Below, piece after piece: positions 17,876 through 22,227 of a stretch of DNA of 22,227 bases. The DNA comes from Bacteroidia bacterium. Lineage in GTDB: Bacteria; Bacteroidota; Bacteroidia; Bacteroidales; VadinHA17. The DNA lies in contig JAPLDX010000115.1 in the NCBI GenBank assembly GCA_026391215.1, positions 1 through 22,227 on the forward strand, given 5' to 3'. Under the pieces are notes generated by a model. The model saw only the letters and a program-made list of their open reading frames with translations, did not search any database and was not told the DNA's origin. Every line of letters starts with the position of its first letter. Position 1 is the stretch's first letter. The position numbers and the translations under genes were made by a program.

Positions 17876-18841
17876 ATGACAGAATTGAGCATTGCTTTAG
17901 TACAATTGGCTGGATCAAGCACTACTTTTATACTCATTGGTGTAATTCTCCTTGGTTTCATCCTTGTTGCATCAATGATAAAAGTTGTTCCGCAGAGAAC
18001 AGCTATCATCGTCGAGAGACTTGGTAAATACAGGGCAACATTTACCGCAGGTTTCCAGGTACTTATTCCCTTTATTGACAAGGTGCGTTACAGACATACT
18101 CTTAAGGAACAGGCTATCGATGTCGCCCCCCAGATATGTATAACCCGCGACAATATTGCAGTTGAGGTTGACGGGATCCTGTACCTGCAGGTACTTGATC
18201 CTCAGAAAGCTTCTTATGGCATTGATAATTACCGGTTTGCCTCTATACAGATCGCCCAGACAACCATGAGAAGTGTTATTGGCAAGCTGGAACTTGACAG
18301 GACTTTTGAAGAACGTGAAACAATAAATGTTTCTATTGTTGATGCAGTAGACAAAGCAAGCGAACCCTGGGGCGTTAAGGTCACACGATATGAAGTAAAA
18401 AATATTTCTCCGCCGCAGAGTATAAAAGATGCAATGGAAAAACAAATGAGGGCGGAAAGGGAGAAAAGAGCCGTTATTGCTGAATCAGAGGGAACAAGAC
18501 AGGCTAAGATAAATAATGCCGATGGCGATAAACAGGAATTTATCCTGAAGTCGGAAGGTGAAAAGATGAGACGTATAAACGAAGCTGCCGGTCGTGCCTC
18601 AGAAATTGAACAGGTAGCAGTTGCCACAGCTAACGGATTAAGAGCTATATCTAAAGCTATCTCCGAAGAAAATGGCCTTAATGCCGTGAACCTGAGGATC
18701 GCTGAACAATACCTCGGCGCTTTTGCCGGTCTCGCAAAAACCAACAATACCATGATATTGCCATCAAACCTGTCAGATATTGCAGGAATCGTGGCAACAG
18801 CTACATCAGTATTTAATGAGGTGAAGGATAAAAAGAAATAG
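17876..18841 (+). CDS. SPFH/band-7 stomatin-like protein (QmcA/paraslipin)
   Basis: IVERLGKY, IPFIDKV, Q.CIT.DN..V.VDG, QTTMRS.IG.LELD..F.ER, WGVKV.RYE.K.I.PP, MEKQM.AEREKRA. Confidence 0.93.
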   Translation: MTELSIALVQLAGSSTTFILIGVILLGFILVASMIKVVPQRTAIIVERLGKYRATFTAGFQVLIPFIDKVRYRHTLKEQAIDVAPQICITRDNIAVEVDGILYLQVLDPQKASYGIDNYRFASIQIAQTTMRSVIGKLELDRTFEERETINVSIVDAVDKASEPWGVKVTRYEVKNISPPQSIKDAMEKQMRAEREKRAVIAESEGTRQAKINNADGDKQEFILKSEGEKMRRINEAAGRASEIEQVAVATANGLRAISKAISEENGLNAVNLRIAEQYLGAFAGLAKTNNTMILPSNLSDIAGIVATATSVFNEVKDKKK

Positions 18842-18842
18842 G

Positions 18843-19020
18843 AAATACCCCCGCCGCTTCGCGCCACCCCCTAAAGGACAAATACCCCCACCGCTTCGCG
18901 GCACCCCCTAAAGGACAAATACCCCCGCCGCTTCGCGGCACCCCCTAAAGGGGGTTAAAAACCCGGTAATAATTAAAGTAACAGATGGGTTTATGGCCCC
19001 CCTTCAGGGGGGGCGGGGGG
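18843..19020. repeat. Structured intergenic element, copy B: 3 x 37-bp hairpin units plus the same tail
   Basis: GCTTCGC cores at 18856, 18893, 18930. The tail is nearly identical to 15651-15724, in the same orientation as copy A (offset 3297). Confidence 0.95.
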
Positions 19021-21236
19021 TTATGCTAACTCATGTTCTGTCCTCAGGATGATCTCATTCTGAAGATCTTCACCCAGGTCATTGAAATAATCGCTATAAC
19101 CCGCAACCCTGACAATCAGATCACGGTAAAGCTCCGGATGCCTCTGAGCTTCCCTGAGAGTGTCAGCATTTACCACATTGAATTGGATATGATGACCGTT
19201 AAGGGCAAAGTAGCTGCGGATCAGTGCAGTAAGACAATTATAGCTCTCCTCATCCTCGAAGAACTGGGGCGCGAATTTCTGATTCAGAAGTGTTCCTCCG
19301 GTCCGGAGGTGATCAATTTTCGAAGCGGATTTTATAACTGATGTCGGACCCTGTTTATCAACTCCCTGGCTGGGTGATATCCCTTCGGAAAGCGGCTTAT
19401 ATGCCTTGCGTCCGTCAGGAGTAGCACCAATAACGCTTCCGAAATAGACATGCGAGGTGGTAGGAAGCATATTTATCCTGTGAACACCGCCTCTTGAATC
19501 GGGTCTTCCGTTAACAGCATCATAATATATCTCAAAGACCAGTACCGCATGCTGATCGGCATAATCATCATCATTCCCATATTTGGGAGTATTATATATA
19601 AGGTCATGCTGGATCTGCTCATAGCCTTTGAAATCAGCATCAAGAGCTTTCATTAGTTCATCCCATGTCAGGTTTTTATTATCATATATATTATAATGTA
19701 TGGATGTAAGGATATCTGTGATGCTGCCAAGCCCTACTCCCTGGATATAAGTTGTATTATACCGAGTACCTCCGTCATTGTAATCTTTCCCGCTCAATAT
19801 GCAATCCTCAAGCAGCAGGGAGAGGAAAGGTACAGGCAGCCACTTCGCATATCTTTTCCCGATAATATTGTTGCCTCGTATTTTAATATCTATCAGGTTG
19901 TTAACCTGTTTTCTGAATGCTATCATCAGGTCATCAAATGACTCGTAATCCGGGGCATATCCAGTCTGAAGTCCGACAAGTGTTCCGGATCCAATTCCTG
20001 GATTATCGCTTCAGTATTAAAACAGGAAGGCTGTCCGAAACCTGTCTTAATAATATCGAAAGCCTTATGAATGAATTTTTCCGGATTTTTCCGGCTGATC
20101 TGAACCATTGAGCTTGGCTGGAGTATCCTCATCTCTTTTATTACATCAAGCAGGATATATGTCATGTCGTTGACGGCATCTGTCCCGTCAGATTTTACTC
20201 CCCCCAGGTTTATCAGGCAGAAATCAGTATATGTGCTGCTTTCAGAGGCGGTAACTCCCATTTTGGGAGGTGAAGGATGATTATTGAATTTGATCCAGAA
20301 ACATCCCAGAAGATCATATAATTCCTCCTCTAAAAGAGTTCCCGCATCCATTTCTTTTTTATAAACAGGAAAGAGATGCTGGTCAAGACGGCCCGGATTA
20401 AAAGAATCCCATGGATTAAGCTCGGTGATCACCCCTACGTGAATAAACCAGTAGTGCTGGAGCATCTCGTGAATTGTTTCAGGGGCATAAGCAGGCACCC
20501 TGCGACAAATATCTGCCATTTTCTCAAGCTCTCTTTTCCGTTTTGGATCTTTTTCTCTCCTTGAAAGATCCTGAAGGGCAGCAGCATACCGGTTTGCATA
20601 CATAATGATTGCGTCACAGGCAATATCCATAGCCCGGAGCTCTTCCGATTTTTCAAATGCATCCGGATCATTGAAATAATCGAGCCTCAAAATGCTTTTC
20701 TTTATCTCTTCCTTCAGCTGCAGAAAACCTGTCCTGAACATTTTGTATCCCAGCACAGTATGTCCGGGAGCTCTCTGTTCCTGAAATTCAGTGAAGACAC
20801 CTGCATTATATGCATTGATCCATTCAGGTGTCATCAGGCTCATGATCCTGTCGCGGTTGCTTTTCCCTTTCCAGAACGGAATTATCTCTTTGTCATATAT
20901 ATCCTTCACTTCGTTACTGACCCTGAAAGATACTTTTTCTCTTTTATCAAGTATTTTTAGGTCCTTAAGTGAATGAATACAAATTTCAGGATAGGTGGGT
21001 GTCTCCTTTGGTGCAGGGCCCCTCTCTCCCACTATCAGATCACCGTCGCCGATATAGAGCTTCTTGTTTCTAAGAATGTACTCAAATGCTCTTGCCCGTT
21101 TTACAGGTGCAGAGAGCTCACGTGCTTCGTCGCTCTTATAGAATTGAGTAATAAGCATGGCTCTTTCGGGAGAAAGTTTTTCCTCGGCATTGAGACTCTG
21201 TTCTCTTAGTTTTTTTACTCGATCTGAAAGTATCAT
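19021..21236 (-). pseudogene. hypD: Glycyl radical enzyme, trans-4-hydroxy-L-proline dehydratase-like, split by an out-of-frame internal deletion
   Basis: N-part (21236-19992) has RAPGHT, NPWDSFNPGR, ESSTYTDF, GFGQPS.FN. C-part has MLPTTSHVYFG and the glycyl-radical motif RVAGYS. The GCVE Cys loop is absent and the frame changes at ~19991. Confidence 0.85.
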
Positions 21237-21262
21237 TTTTATTTCTGCTTATATTTTGTTCT

Positions 21263-21355
21263 GTACGGCGTAGTTACAAACTACGCCGAGCTTCTATTCT
21301 TATGCCTTGCTTCTCTTGTTACCATTCGCTGAGCGAAGTTTCAAACTTCGCTCAC
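21263..21355. repeat. Inverted pair of REP-like palindromes (REPIN-like doublet)
   Basis: CGGCGTAGTT-ACA-AACTACGCCG (21266-21288) and TGAGCGAAGTT-TCA-AACTTCGCTCA (21330-21354) share the core GCGWAGTT-N3-AACTWCGC. Confidence 0.75.
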
Positions 21356-21359
21356 TTTG

Positions 21360-22160
21360 TTAACCACCGATCTGAACTTTTATTCCAATATCGGAAAAGT
21401 ACTCTTTCAGTTCATTCATCCTTTGACGCGATGGTAGCTCTACATCATTCATCCTGTACGGGATATTGAACTTATTATATTTTGATTTGCCAATTTTATG
21501 AAAAGGAAGCAGGCTGATCTTCTTAAGATTATCGGTTTTTGAACTTACTAAGAATTCCTTCAGTTTCCTGAGGTTTTCTGGTTCATCATTCAGTCCGGGA
21601 ATAACAGGGACCCTGATGAAAATATCCTTCCCGCTGTCAAGAATAAGCTTGAAATTGCTCATAATCAATGAATTTGATACTCCAGTAAGCTCAATGTGCC
21701 TGGTATCATCCATATGCTTAATATCGAAAAGAAAGAGATCAGTATAAGGAAATACTGCTTTGAAATTTTCAGAGGGTGAATATCCGGAAGTATCAACAGC
21801 AGTATTATAACCGTTCTCCCTGCAGGCTTTCAGCGCTTCGGTCATGAACTCAGTCTGAAGCAATGGCTCACCGCCTGAAAAGGTAACACCCCCGCCTGAT
21901 TCGTCAATAAAGATCCGTTCCTTATCAAGTATTTTAATGATATCATTCACCGAATAGTATTTCCCGACTTCTTCAATTCTAGTGAATTCCTTTTCTCCCA
22001 CTTTCTCAATCTGTTCCGCTTTTTGCTGTTCCGGAGATATCCCTTCAGGATTATGGCACCACATGCATGAGAGCGGACATCCTTTAATAAAAAATGTCAC
22101 CCTGATGCCCGGGCCGTCATGGATTGAATAGCGCTTAACGTTGAAAATCAAACCCTTCAT
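21360..22160 (-). CDS. Glycyl-radical enzyme activating protein (radical SAM)
   Basis: HDGPGIRVTFF.KGCPLSCMWCHNPE (CxxxCxxC), GGVTFSGGEPL, DTSG, FDIKHMD, IRVPVIPG.ND, LLPFH..G..KY. Confidence 0.94.
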   Translation of the reverse strand: MKGLIFNVKRYSIHDGPGIRVTFFIKGCPLSCMWCHNPEGISPEQQKAEQIEKVGEKEFTRIEEVGKYYSVNDIIKILDKERIFIDESGGGVTFSGGEPLLQTEFMTEALKACRENGYNTAVDTSGYSPSENFKAVFPYTDLFLFDIKHMDDTRHIELTGVSNSLIMSNFKLILDSGKDIFIRVPVIPGLNDEPENLRKLKEFLVSSKTDNLKKISLLPFHKIGKSKYNKFNIPYRMNDVELPSRQRMNELKEYFSDIGIKVQIGG

Positions 22161-22163
22161 AAT

Positions 22164-22203
22164 AGAAGATAAAAGATAAAAGGAAAAGAAAAAAGTGAAA
22201 AAA
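22164..22203. repeat. Degenerate purine-rich 7-mer repeat (AAAAGAT-like)
   Basis: agaagat aaaagat aaaagga aaagaaa..., upstream of the activase ATG; same unit as 2781-2815. Confidence 0.5.
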
Positions 22204-22227
22204 AGGAATTGGTGATGCAGATCCCTG

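Noticed and set aside
19926-19995. Programmed frameshift, intron or intein joining the two GRE ORFs
   Set aside because: Sequence is missing rather than inserted, there is no slippery site, and a frameshift would still give a protein without the catalytic Cys.

Overview
Mostly housekeeping and metabolic DNA from what looks like an anaerobic Bacteroidota (Bacteroidales-like) genome, judged from TAnnTTTG promoter boxes and the protein families present. In order: a partial GntP permease, MOFRL glycerate kinase, fused SpmA/SpmB, an AAA_14/DUF4143 ATPase, KDPG/KHG aldolase, an exported nitroreductase, a five-gene sugar operon (ROK kinase, MFS, Tat-exported Gfo/Idh/MocA, HEAT-repeat + 2xDUF1080, GH29 fucosidase), a malic enzyme without a PTA domain, a CMK-like protein, a lipoprotein, an NfeD/SPFH pair, and a HypD-like glycyl radical enzyme with its activase. 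Three things stand out. (1) Two copies of a structured non-coding element fill convergent intergenic gaps stop-to-stop. Each is built from 37-bp tandem units carrying a covarying GCGAAGC-type mini-hairpin, plus a shared multi-hairpin tail, and together they bracket a ~3.1 kb gene block. (2) The hypD gene carries an out-of-frame deletion of ~50 codons that removes the catalytic Cys loop. (3) Other intergenic regions hold a REP-like inverted hairpin doublet and several 7/8-mer microsatellites. No CRISPR, tRNA, rRNA or transposase was seen. All family calls come from motif recognition, not database searches.
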